64,000 nt of DNA, from contig CM052816.1 in the NCBI GenBank assembly GCA_028534125.1, positions 64,978,001 to 65,042,000 on the forward strand, read 5' to 3'. This document shows, piece after piece, positions 38,471-49,160 of this stretch. The translations under genes were made by a program, and so were the position numbers. The notes beneath the pieces were generated by a model. It worked only from the letters and a program-made list of their open reading frames with translations. It did no database searches and had not been told where the DNA came from. This stretch comes from Lama glama (Eukaryota). Position 1 is the first letter of the stretch. Every line of letters starts with the position of its first letter.

Positions 38471-41400
38471 CAGAAAATAAATTTATTTTAACATGTCATA
38501 TTACTAAGTACATATCAAATACCTGATACACACACAAGATTATACACAGCCCAGGTGGTCAATTGCATTTGCTGAGAAAGTCATCAGGCCAGGGTCTTCG
38601 ATTTTCATCAGCTTCAGCTTTCATCAATAGAGTATCGAAGCTATCCCATTTTTTTTATACCACCATTTACCAAACTATATATAAGCAGCCACTGCACAAA
38701 TGCTTATGAATGAGAATAATGATCATGGTAAGTTTTCTGGAAAGTTCTGTAAAAAGATATATACTTTCCCAAGAAACTTAATATCTTAATATCTCTTGAA
38801 CACAGTACAAACATGAATCTTTATGAGTGAAGTGACAGAAATAAAAAAAATTCCAAACAAAACCCTGAAATTTACTTATAATTACTTTAGAGTTAAATAG
38901 TTATAATGAAAATGGGTCAAAGTACATTTGCCTGAATCAGCACCCCTATTTGACTATTTAAGAAACACCATTTAGGTAGCATTGACCACTTTTCTCCCAA
39001 AGTAGCACACACAGAAGTAGTACAAACCGAACAAAAGTTCCTGCAGGGATCAAAGTATATTACAGAAAACATCAAGGCACACTATTAAAAACTGTGAATT
39101 GCTTTTCAGACCATTGCCAAGATGTCTTTGAAAAGAATGGTCCAAGACATTCATTTTATTCTGTCACTGAGATATCTGACACTGACATTTTAAATCTGAC
39201 ACTGAGATAAATATGACTGGTACTAAATCTGTCCTTTAACAATCACTGGGGAAAACAACAGTTTGGTCACTAATGAGGCTGCCCATTGGGCAGAATCCAC
39301 TGTCCTGTGTAACAATATGTTTTCAGTAAATCATGCAGAAAAGGCAGCACTGTCAGTAAAGGCTGTGCACTGGGATTGCTATTCCCAAATAAACTCTCAC
39401 AAATACAGAACAGAATTGTGGAAATGTCATTTTATAGACATAATTCATACATTTCCTGGAAGCTGTTTGTTATCAATTATTTTGGATTTTATTTTTACCA
39501 CAACTGAAGGACACAAGAGCAAGGAATTACAATGCCACAACTGTACTTTCAAAATACTATCAAAAACAAAAATAAGCCTGAGGGACCATAGTCAGGAGAC
39601 AAAACCCAAGGAAGGCCTCCATGGGCCTCTCTGCAGCTTTCAAATATACCTCACGGCAGACAAGACTAGTTCTACAGTTTTCATGGGCAAACCCTTCCAG
39701 TACCAGCAAGGATGTCTGGCTGCACCACTGGACTAGCTAGACAATGACAATCCACTCTTCCCAGGGCCTCCGGGCACAGGGCCATTTACCCCTAGGAGCC
39801 AAAGCGTTAGCACCTTGACTCCTCGGAATTCACGGGGGTTCCTCAGCTCTTGAAGCAGTGCAGAGACAGAGAACTGTCCCAGACCAGGAAGCACCTTGTA
39901 ATCCACGACCTCCCCTTGCATCTATCCTTACCTCTCGCCTGGTTCTCGATTCAGAGTAATTTGATAATTAAGTCTGTCTTTCATTCCCACCTTCCCCCAA
40001 CTCATAGGCACTAAGAGGCCTTAAGAGGGGTCCTGGGAATGCCCCCAAGAGGTGAAGAAACCCCAGGGGGCCCGTAATTAATGTGGCAGGAGACCCAAGA
40101 GCCACATGCCGATCTCAAGGATCTAAAGCTGCGCTTTTATCATCTCCAAGATCTGAGCACTGCATTCCCACTCGTATTAAGCGTTCTCACCAACAAGAGA
40201 GAGCAAGTATTATGTTCTCTCTGGCTTTGCTTAATGAACAGGCCACATAATTACCCTGGACATTTTATTAACAAGGTGAACATTGAGCCTGTACTTAGGG
40301 AAGATGGTTGATGCTTTATTTCCATTGCCGTTTTCCTTGCTCCTTACATGTTTATACAGACAGCCTTCAGCTGTAGTTTTTATTTTTATATAATTTACAC
40401 ATTTTGAGAAATCCAAATAGTGATATTACTATTTGCATATTCATGTTTGAACAATAATTCTCCTGAACATTTTCTTTTCCTCTGGATATTCCAATATCTA
40501 CCTATAATTTAGAAATATCCTCTTGAAACCATCCAGCATGGCTTCTACTTTCTAACTTCTGCCTTCTCTTTGAGAAATTGGCTAGTTTTTTTTTTTGTCT
40601 TTTTTTCCCCACTCTAATCACTCATCAATTGCTATAGGAATAAATATTATTGAATAAGAGAATGAAGACATATAAATGAAGCTTATGTTCTTGACACCAT
40701 ACACTAAATTTGCTTGACTGAGCATTCACTAGACTGGTTTGATTAAAAGTATATATTACCAGGGACTCCATGGCTTAGAAAGACAAGGAGAAATGAGACT
40801 GGCACATTGGTTTCTGATGTCCAGTCATGCTGCCGGTGTCCCCGTGAGCTCTATCACACTGCCACTCGTCCAGCATGAAGCTGTGGAACTGACCGCTCAC
40901 GTCTGTCAACGCAGCCACAGGCACCAATGTCAGAGACTCACTGGGAATGCTGTTATAGGTCAGGCAGGGAAGAAAAAACGAGTATGATAAAAATAATAAT
41001 AATACAACAACAAGAGGTAGAAATAGAGGAAAGAAAAGAGTTTTGGTCCCAGTGGAAAGCAGGCAGAGAGGGCAAGGGCAGGGCACCAGAAGACAGCTGT
41101 GCTTTGTAAAACAGAAAAGGAATGGAGTAGTTGAAATCAGAGGCAGGGGTGCTGTCCCATGGGTTAGATGGGGTCCCAAGAATTCACCTCCCACAGACCC
41201 TGCCCTACAGACCACAGTTTATATCAGTAGGCTTTTCCCATATACCTCTACTAACTAAATATTTTTTAAACCTCATTATATTTATGAATGCAGGATCAAG
41301 CTGTGCAGTGAATTCATTTTTAAACTGCCTGGCTTATTTTTCTGAGTTGTCTTTGTTAAAAAAAAAATTCACTCTTGTGCTTTAAACACCTATAATGAAC

Positions 41401-41899
41401 CATCCATGCCATGACTCTTTTCCATATTCACTAATCTTAATATTCAATTTTCTATCAGCTGCAATTTCAATTCATTAAAAAATGATATCATCCTGGGATG
41501 AAAGCTGGATTTTTTTTTTATGCCAAAGCAATTACATTTCAAAGAGAAAAATGTTATGTGCCTTTCCACATGGAATTTTTACCAGATTCCTGTCTTTTGA
41601 CTTCTGCTACCTCTTTGTAGAGTTGAGAACAAAACATTTGAAAAACTCAAGCACTGAGAATTGAGAGCTTTGGATAATACTATTCATTTCTTATATGAAG
41701 TAGGATGCATGGTACAGACAGAAATATTGTTTATATCTCCTTGGTAAAAATATCAGTAGTGACAGTAGCAATATAAGTAATAGTAACAATATATTTTTAT
41801 CCAACTTGTGTTTCAGATCCACCCTGTATACTGAACCCAGGCGGCCAATCATAGACATTTGACATCTCCATTTACCACTTAAATGTGGTCTTCTCAAGC

Positions 41900-42112
41900 C
41901 TGCTATTATTAATAATATTAATAAACAATACATATGTATTAACTCATTTAATCAAACACAATAACCCCATTAAACCATATTTGTATTACTTCCTCCATTT
42001 GAGAGATCAAAAAACTAGGGTACTGAGGTGTTAGTAATTTCCTGGCTAGTAAGTAGAACAGGGATTTGAACCCAGGTAGTCTGCCCACAGAGCCTACACA
42101 TTTTACCCACCT
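41900..42112 (-). mobile_element. MIR
   Basis: attaactcatttaatc...ctccatttgagagatcaaaaaact...ctagtaagtagaacagggatttgaacccaggtagtctg. Confidence 0.8.
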
Positions 42113-43982
42113 TGTCTGCTCCCCAATGACTGATATGGTCAGAAGTGGGAGGATTCAGGAATGAGTGAACCTACACCCACAGAGAAGACGGATTACACAC
42201 AGAGGTGGAAGAGGTTCTCACTCTGCTGAGTCCCAAAGACCGAGAGCGATAATCAAGCAAAATATGGATTCCTGGCTGTTTTTTCCCTCATCCTTTTGCC
42301 TTTTGCCTTTTGCTTCTCTGGTTGTCTCTTTGATCACCAGATTTGGCTTTTGGTTCTCTCAGGCAGCCTGGGTAGCTGGCAGAAGCATTGATAATGATTA
42401 TGTTTTAGCTGACTTTATCACACACATTATGGTATATTATGCTGGGCCAGGAAAATATCTTATTCTGATAGAGTACCTGGGTGGTACCAAGCACTGCTGT
42501 TGGCACAGTGCATTCAGCAGACACTTTACAAGACAGCCATTCATCTCCACCAACGCACATCACCAGGGTGACACAGACCTGCCATTCCAGGGCCTGAGCC
42601 TTCCAGACAAGTCCCGTAATTTACCCAAATAAAATGACAAATGGAGTTAATTTTGCACATTACTTAATATGCAATTTCATTCAAGTTCAGTTTGATAATA
42701 TTATAAGAAAGAATTATCTACATATTTTCCTCAAATATAAGTAAACAAGAAATAAATAAGATCAAATCACTGGCAAGCAAGATGTGTGGGATGGTATCAT
42801 ATGTGAGATTTAGGTACTCTTCCCCGCTGCAGAAGAGCAAGCAGAAATAGGCTTTTATTCTCTTTCTTTTGGGAGCTCTGGGTCTGTCTTCATTCATTCA
42901 ATGAATCAAAAATATCAACTGGATACACGCTATGTGGGGGTTATAAGAATGAAAATACAATCTCTGTCTGGAGGTAGCTTCCATTCTAAGTGTTAAAATA
43001 AGGACATACATGATCTTTCATTAGGGAAGTCAGAGTTACAAAATGTATGTAAGATAAAATACTGTTCTGTACCAAGATTTTGGAGAACACAGCCTAAACA
43101 GAGCATGTTAGAAAAACAAGACATATTGGAAAAAAGTTTCCAAGGTGGGTCTTGTAATGAAGTAGTAACTGATTTTCCCCCACAAAGATCTAAATAAAAT
43201 AAATGAAAGCCTGGAGTTTCCTATTTCTACTCCATTCTTAGGGTAACACAAAAGAAAATTACCTGTTCCCAAAAGACTTCTTAAAATATTAGCTCAAAGC
43301 CTTCTGGCAAGGACAGCTCTTTCAGTAAAATACATCTAATAATGTATCTTTTGGCCTTTATAGAAAGTTGGCTTATATTTCCCAAAGCTGTCCTTGTGCT
43401 CATTATCTTAACACTAGCATTACAGACCCATCTGATAAACAATCACCTTTGTCTTATCCACTCATGTACACGCGCACGTGTGCATACACGCAGCATTCTC
43501 CTGTTTCTAGGCACATTATTTTCTTACCTAACAAGACATGCCCCTTCCTCATATTCACTTTTGCCACTTTTATAAATACCTTCTGCTAATTTGGGGGTGG
43601 GTGGGTGGATGGAATGTTCCTGTAGGGGCCAAAGCAGATGTGGTCTGTTGCTAGGAGACAAAAGTCTCCTCTGTCAGTAGTATCTATCTGTGACCTGAGA
43701 GCGGGGGTAACAACAGACTTAAAGGAGCAGGTGTGATTGCTTACGTTAAAATCAGGCAAGTCAGACTTGCTCATATTCCTTTTCTCTCAGGCAAAGCAGT
43801 AAAACATTGGCCACAAGTCCCAAATTCAGATCTGTGCAGATGGAAACCTCTCCCAGGCAGCCTTATTTGACAGCACTCATCTGAGGAAACCACAAAGTGA
43901 GAAATGTCACACTCAACAGAAATGCAGTTGTTTTTGGAAACAGCTAAGGGAGGGTGCACAACCTTTCAAGAAGTAACCCACA

Positions 43983-44000
43983 AAAAAAAAAAAAAAAAAA
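43983..44000 (+). mobile_element. Poly(A)-only retrotransposition insertion flanked by a perfect 15-bp TSD
   Basis: AAGAAGTAACCCACA at 43968-43982 and 44001-44015 around A18. Confidence 0.8.
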
Positions 44001-44914
44001 AAGAAGTAACCCACAGTCCTCCTGCAGCAGATCTGCCTTTTAACGCACAGCAGCACAAAACAAACTGTCACCAAGTACACAGCTGCTGTTTACAAAGGGG
44101 ATGGTGTGGGGAAGTGTGGTCAGCAGAAGGGAATCCCTGTGGCTAGAGGAGGACACAGCTAAGGGGCCGACCTCAAGGGGCCAGAAAGAAGAAGAATTTA
44201 AGTATTTATGCGCAATTAAGTGCCTGCATCCCTGTGTAATGTTGTACCTGGCCCTACAGTAGTCATCTCACAAGGACAGTGCTGAGGCATCAAGCCTCCT
44301 CCCAGAAGCTTAGTGCACACGTGGTTGGCATCTACACTCTTGTTATCATCAGGACTGAACCTTATTTAAGTGTCCCAATTCAATGGGCTACAACTGGAGA
44401 ATGAATGGAAAGCTTCAGGAGGCAGTCCTGACCCCATGCGTAATAGTCAAGTGAGCACTGTTTAACTGAATTACCAGCTGAATAAAAATTACTTTAGGAA
44501 ATGAACTGTAAAATCCAGGCCAAGTTGTAACATCATTATCAGCATCACTACTGCTGGTACCAGGCACCTTGAAAACATGATCTTGAATGCTCACCAAGAC
44601 CTTACAAAGTAAGTAAGCCTCACAAGAACTTCTGCCTGCACTGAGCTGTATGCACTTCTGGGGTTAGCTAAGTGAGGGACGACTGAGTGATAACTCAGCA
44701 AAGCCATCCAATGGGGCAGTTAGCATAGTGATTGAGCACACAGCAGGGGCTCCATAAATGTTGGCTGAATTCAAGAACTAATGCATTGATCAGTAAATCA
44801 ATAATCAGTCACTCAGTGTATCTGTGAAAATTAATCAATCAATAATGTCAAATATATTAAGAAATTAAGTTGTGATTTAATAAGTCAATGGTAATTCTGA
44901 ATGAAGAAAAGACA

Positions 44915-45345
44915 TTCCCGGATAACCAGCCTACCCTCTTTAATACATCAATCTGTGCCAAAAACAAGCAGACAAATAATAAACGAATGTCAGTTCTGTT
45001 CACAACTACACTTTCTGTCCCTCTGATGATTGGGTGGGGCCAGGCACAATGAGTTCTATCTAGTCAATGAATTTTTGAGTTGAATTGTCTCGTGCCATTT
45101 CCATACAAGAGTATTTCAGGACTTAGGGTGAGATCTCTTAGAGCTCACTTCCACCCCCAAGCGCAGCAACTGGCAACATTTGAGACATTGGCTGCCCCAT
45201 CAACCTATGTCCCTGAGTGACAATGATGAACAGAGTGCCCAGCTGACCCACTATGAACACACAGTATAAGTAAGAAATGGATTTTTGCTGCTTAATCCAC
45301 TGACCCTGTTACAGCAGCACATCTTATCCCATTCCAACTGATAAA
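44915..45345 (+). mobile_element. MLT1H/I-like LTR
   Basis: ctacactttctgtccctct...ggctgccccatcaacct...agtaagaaatggatttttgctgcttaatccactga...tgttacagcagcac. Confidence 0.65.
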
Positions 45346-45630
45346 GTGAATAAAATTCCAGAAAGCTTCCACAAAATAACAATGAGTTAGGACCATATCA
45401 AAGCCCAAACTGATTTGCTGATTTTGCTCACCTCTGTCCCAGACTATCTCCTCATCTCTCTCTGTCACTACCCTCCCTCTAATCTGTTTATTAATCCCAC
45501 AAGAATTTAAAATTCGGCTCTCTGCAGAAGACTGTAATCAATGCTGGGAATAGAGAGGAGAGAAGGCAACTGATGTCCCACAGAAATGCAATACAAGTTC
45601 TAGATGAAATGACACTGAGAGCTCTGCTTG

Positions 45631-45671
45631 AGAGATGTGAAATAGACCAAAAAAGTCTATTTCACATCTCT
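45631..45671. repeat. Perfect inverted repeat: 17-bp stem, 7-nt loop
   Basis: AGAGATGTGAAATAGAC-caaaaaa-GTCTATTTCACATCTCT. Confidence 0.95.
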
Positions 45672-46132
45672 GTGTTTGACCTGCCCCTACGGACTGGTAT
45701 TGATAGAAGTCTCAACCACAGAAACCCTTTGCTTTCTTTTGTTTCGGGTCTTGAAGTGATGACTTTGGGGTCAGATGCATCATTATTTGGGAACCTGAGA
45801 ATTTCCAGCTGTACTTTTGTATTGCGTAGTTTTCTGTCAAGAGGTAGCATTAAATAGAATTGTATATTTTTCTGCCACGTGGTTACAATAAAGATAATGA
45901 CTGATGAGAGTTAAATCTCAATGGACTATTCCACTACATTAGTTAAAATTTCATCAGCTTCTTGGAACATCTCCTGTCCAACATGTCTTTGGGGACAGAA
46001 AAGAAATGTTATTTTACTATTTGATTTTAAAAGATTAAGAATGTTGCCCTTGGTCCCTGGGGACCAATAGATCATAAGAGAGTTTTGGGGTGGAAGGAAG
46101 AAGACTCCTTTTAAAAATCTGACACTAACTAT

Positions 46133-46275
46133 CTTGTAGTAACCTGCAATGGAAAAGAATACAAAAACGAATACATGTATGTATATGTATGACTGAAACA
46201 TTATGCTCTACACCAGAAATCGACACATTGTAACTGACTATACTTCAATTAAAAAACATATAAAAATATTTTTTT
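46133..46275 (+). mobile_element. Short 5'-truncated young L1 3' end with TSD
   Basis: cttgtagtaacctgcaatggaaaagaatac...cacattgtaactgactatacttcaattaaaaaa; TSD aaatctgacacta(a/g)ctat at 46115-46132 and 46276-46293; TT/AAAA site at 46111. Confidence 0.9.
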
Positions 46276-46739
46276 AAATCTGACACTAGCTATGGGCTCT
46301 CTCATTGCTTATCATCTTGAATGTATGTTTTCCCCTTCTTCTATCAGAACAGCATTTATCAGGCACGCAGATAGGTCCAAAGCAAACCTGAAGCCCACTA
46401 TGTTTATTTAATGCTTTGCAAAAACTCTCATCAGCCTTCCTATCCTTGTCAGAATTATGAAGATAAAGCTTTGGGTGTACATGATTTACGCAACCTACAT
46501 CCACTGTAAGGATATAGTAGAGTCTGACTTTCAATATTATATATTTGCTTCTTTTTGTTTTAAGGCAATGCTTATGATTCACTGCTCAAATCGTGTAGCT
46601 AATTTCACCATTCCCATATTTTCCCATTTCCTCACCACCCTCTAACCCTGTTCTCCCCCATCCCTGCCAGATAATAAGGTTATGTTCCAATCAGGAGTGA
46701 AAGAGTTGCCGGTAAATCACTAAATGGGAGCAAATTGTA

Positions 46740-47280
46740 ATTCACCCAGTAAATACTCTTGAGTTTAGACTTCATGTTCAGCATTGTCATGGATTTTGAA
46801 AATATAACAAAGTATAGTAGAGAAGGTCCTACTCTCATGAGGCTTACATATCAGTGGAGAAGCAAATAATAAACAAGATTTATTCAAATAAGTGCTTTGA
46901 AAAAAATGAAATAAGGTTATAGGGAAAAGTGATGGTAGAGGTAGGCTACCAAAGAAAATCTCTCCACAAAAGTCAAATTTGAGTCAAAGACCAAATGAAA
47001 AGAAACCAAAGATCTGAGGAAAGAGACATCCAGAAAGAAGGACCAATAAGTTCAACAAGGAGCCTGAAGTGAGAAAGAGCTTAGCCTATTTACAGAAAAG
47101 AAAGGAGGCCTAATTAGCTGGAGACCAGGTAGAAGAGGAAGGTGGAGGCCAGCTCAAGATGAGCATGTAGTTCAAGGTAAAGGCCTGGGATTTAATTCCA
47201 GATCCAATGAAAAGCTGGTGGAGAAGTGACATGAAAGGTAGATATGCAAATATCAGTCCAACAGTCTGACAAAATGGGTC
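46740..47280 (-). mobile_element. L2
   Basis: ggtcctactctcatgaggcttacat...gatctgaggaaagagacatccag...ggtaaaggcctgggatttaattcc. Confidence 0.7.
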
Positions 47281-47926
47281 TAATCTTTCAACTTTCATAG
47301 TAGAATGCTAGTTCTGCCAGTTCTGCAAGGAAAGCACTGGGATCTTCCTCACATCTGGGACAGAGAACTCTTGAGCTCCCACTTTGCATTAGCGCTCCAA
47401 AGCTTACATGTGCCAGTACCCAACAGACCCAAGAAGAATACGCACCTGCATTTTCAGAAAGGCCATCCTAACTGGGATGCCCTGTTGAGCTACTTCTTAA
47501 ATTCTTACTTTGCCAGGGTGATGTGTTACCCAGACCAGGATCTATCAGAGAATAACTGGCAGGTGCTGTGTGGAAGATGCACAGAGGCTGGGGACGTAGG
47601 GTGTGTTTCCATCACTGGTCTAGCATTGCATGGGCCTGTACAGAATTTCCCTAGAAGGCGTTGGAAAAGTAATCAACTGTGTTGTAAAATATTAAATTAT
47701 CCATATTAAATATATTATAAAATATAAAACATTAAATATATTATTAAACAGTATTGAATTTTGTAACATGTTTCATTCTAATCCTAATAGCCCTTCATAA
47801 AACCTTCAAAGATTTTCTGCCATGGAATCAGTGAAATGTCATTTTCTTCCCTCAGGCAAAAAGATAAAATTTATGAACCATGCATGTGCCAGTTCTGTGA
47901 GATGCCAGCTTGATTAAAATTTGCCT

Positions 47927-48426
47927 NNNNNNNNNNNNNNNNNNNNNNNNNNNNNNNNNNNNNNNNNNNNNNNNNNNNNNNNNNNNNNNNNNNNNNNNNN
48001 NNNNNNNNNNNNNNNNNNNNNNNNNNNNNNNNNNNNNNNNNNNNNNNNNNNNNNNNNNNNNNNNNNNNNNNNNNNNNNNNNNNNNNNNNNNNNNNNNNNN
48101 NNNNNNNNNNNNNNNNNNNNNNNNNNNNNNNNNNNNNNNNNNNNNNNNNNNNNNNNNNNNNNNNNNNNNNNNNNNNNNNNNNNNNNNNNNNNNNNNNNNN
48201 NNNNNNNNNNNNNNNNNNNNNNNNNNNNNNNNNNNNNNNNNNNNNNNNNNNNNNNNNNNNNNNNNNNNNNNNNNNNNNNNNNNNNNNNNNNNNNNNNNNN
48301 NNNNNNNNNNNNNNNNNNNNNNNNNNNNNNNNNNNNNNNNNNNNNNNNNNNNNNNNNNNNNNNNNNNNNNNNNNNNNNNNNNNNNNNNNNNNNNNNNNNN
48401 NNNNNNNNNNNNNNNNNNNNNNNNNN
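47927..48426. other. Assembly gap (500 N)
   Basis: Run of N. Confidence 1.
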
Positions 48427-48479
48427 ATTCTATATTCTGTACTCTGTAAAAATTCATGTTTCTCTGTGAGTGAGTGATT

Positions 48480-48580
48480 TTTAAAAAAAATTTTTGGTAG
48501 GGATTCTATTCTCATCTTTGGATTCTCAGAGCCTGGTACAGATCTAGTTAATATTAGATGTTTGTTGCATGAATGAACAG
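48480..48580 (+). mobile_element. L2 3' end
   Basis: gagcctggtacag...tgtttgttgcatgaatgaa. Confidence 0.55.
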
Positions 48581-48739
48581 GTCTGTTTGCAGAGAGGTGT
48601 TGGAATTGTGGGCTTAAAAATTTTAAAATATGGAATAGCTGTTGTAGGACATTTACTCTGGTGATACCTAGGGTGGAATAAAATGATGTGAAATGTGTAT
48701 GAGGTCCACTTGAGACTGAGTAGTATACATTTACTTTCC

Positions 48740-48945
48740 ACTTTTTAAAGCCAGGTTCATTTAGATGTTGTTTACTTACAGGAAAATTTACTTTTTGTAT
48801 CATACAATTCAATAGAAATTTTGACAAATGTATACAGTCATGTTAACACCACCAGAATCAAGATACTAGAACCCAAAATTCTTTTGTGCCCCTTTGTAGC
48901 CAATATTTCTTCCCATTTCCAGCTCCTGGAAATGACTGATCTATG
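48740..48945 (-). mobile_element. L1M (MB/MC-like) 3' end
   Basis: ttttgacaaatgtatacagtcatgttaacaccaccagaatcaagata...gtgccctttgtagcc...cagctcctggaaatgactgatct. Confidence 0.75.
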
Positions 48946-49049
48946 AATGTATATTTTAAGCAATTAGCATAGTTCCACAATTTTCTAGAACAATGTTTTA
49001 TGCCCTTGGAAGGAGAAAGTAATTGGACAGTAGATCTTTACCTAGGTAT

Positions 49050-49160
49050 AGAGTTGCCAGAATTAGCAAATTAAAATAGCCTGTACTTTTGGTAAAAATT
49101 ATTCATTGTTTAGGTGGAACTCTAAGTTACTGGGCATTTTGTATTTTATCTGGAAGCTGT
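49050..49160. mobile_element. MER53-like hAT MITE (internally deleted)
   Basis: Termini agagttgccagaattagcaaattaaaata and ctgggcattttgtattttatctggaagct. Confidence 0.65.

Noticed and set aside
39263..39736. 157-aa ORF
   Set aside because: Non-ATG start, no recognisable domain or splice context; consistent with chance
40775..41215. 146-aa minus-strand ORF with a hydrophobic stretch
   Set aside because: The hydrophobic run derives from an A-rich low-complexity tract; no known homology recognised
42165..42632. 155-aa ORF
   Set aside because: GTG start, no recognisable family, crosses repeat-like sequence
43756..43770. Inverted repeat GCAAGTC-A-GACTTGC
   Set aside because: 7-bp arms are expected by chance several times in 64 kb
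47685..47760. AT-only tract with internal symmetry (also ~5295-5327)
   Set aside because: Low-complexity sequence; the symmetry is compositional
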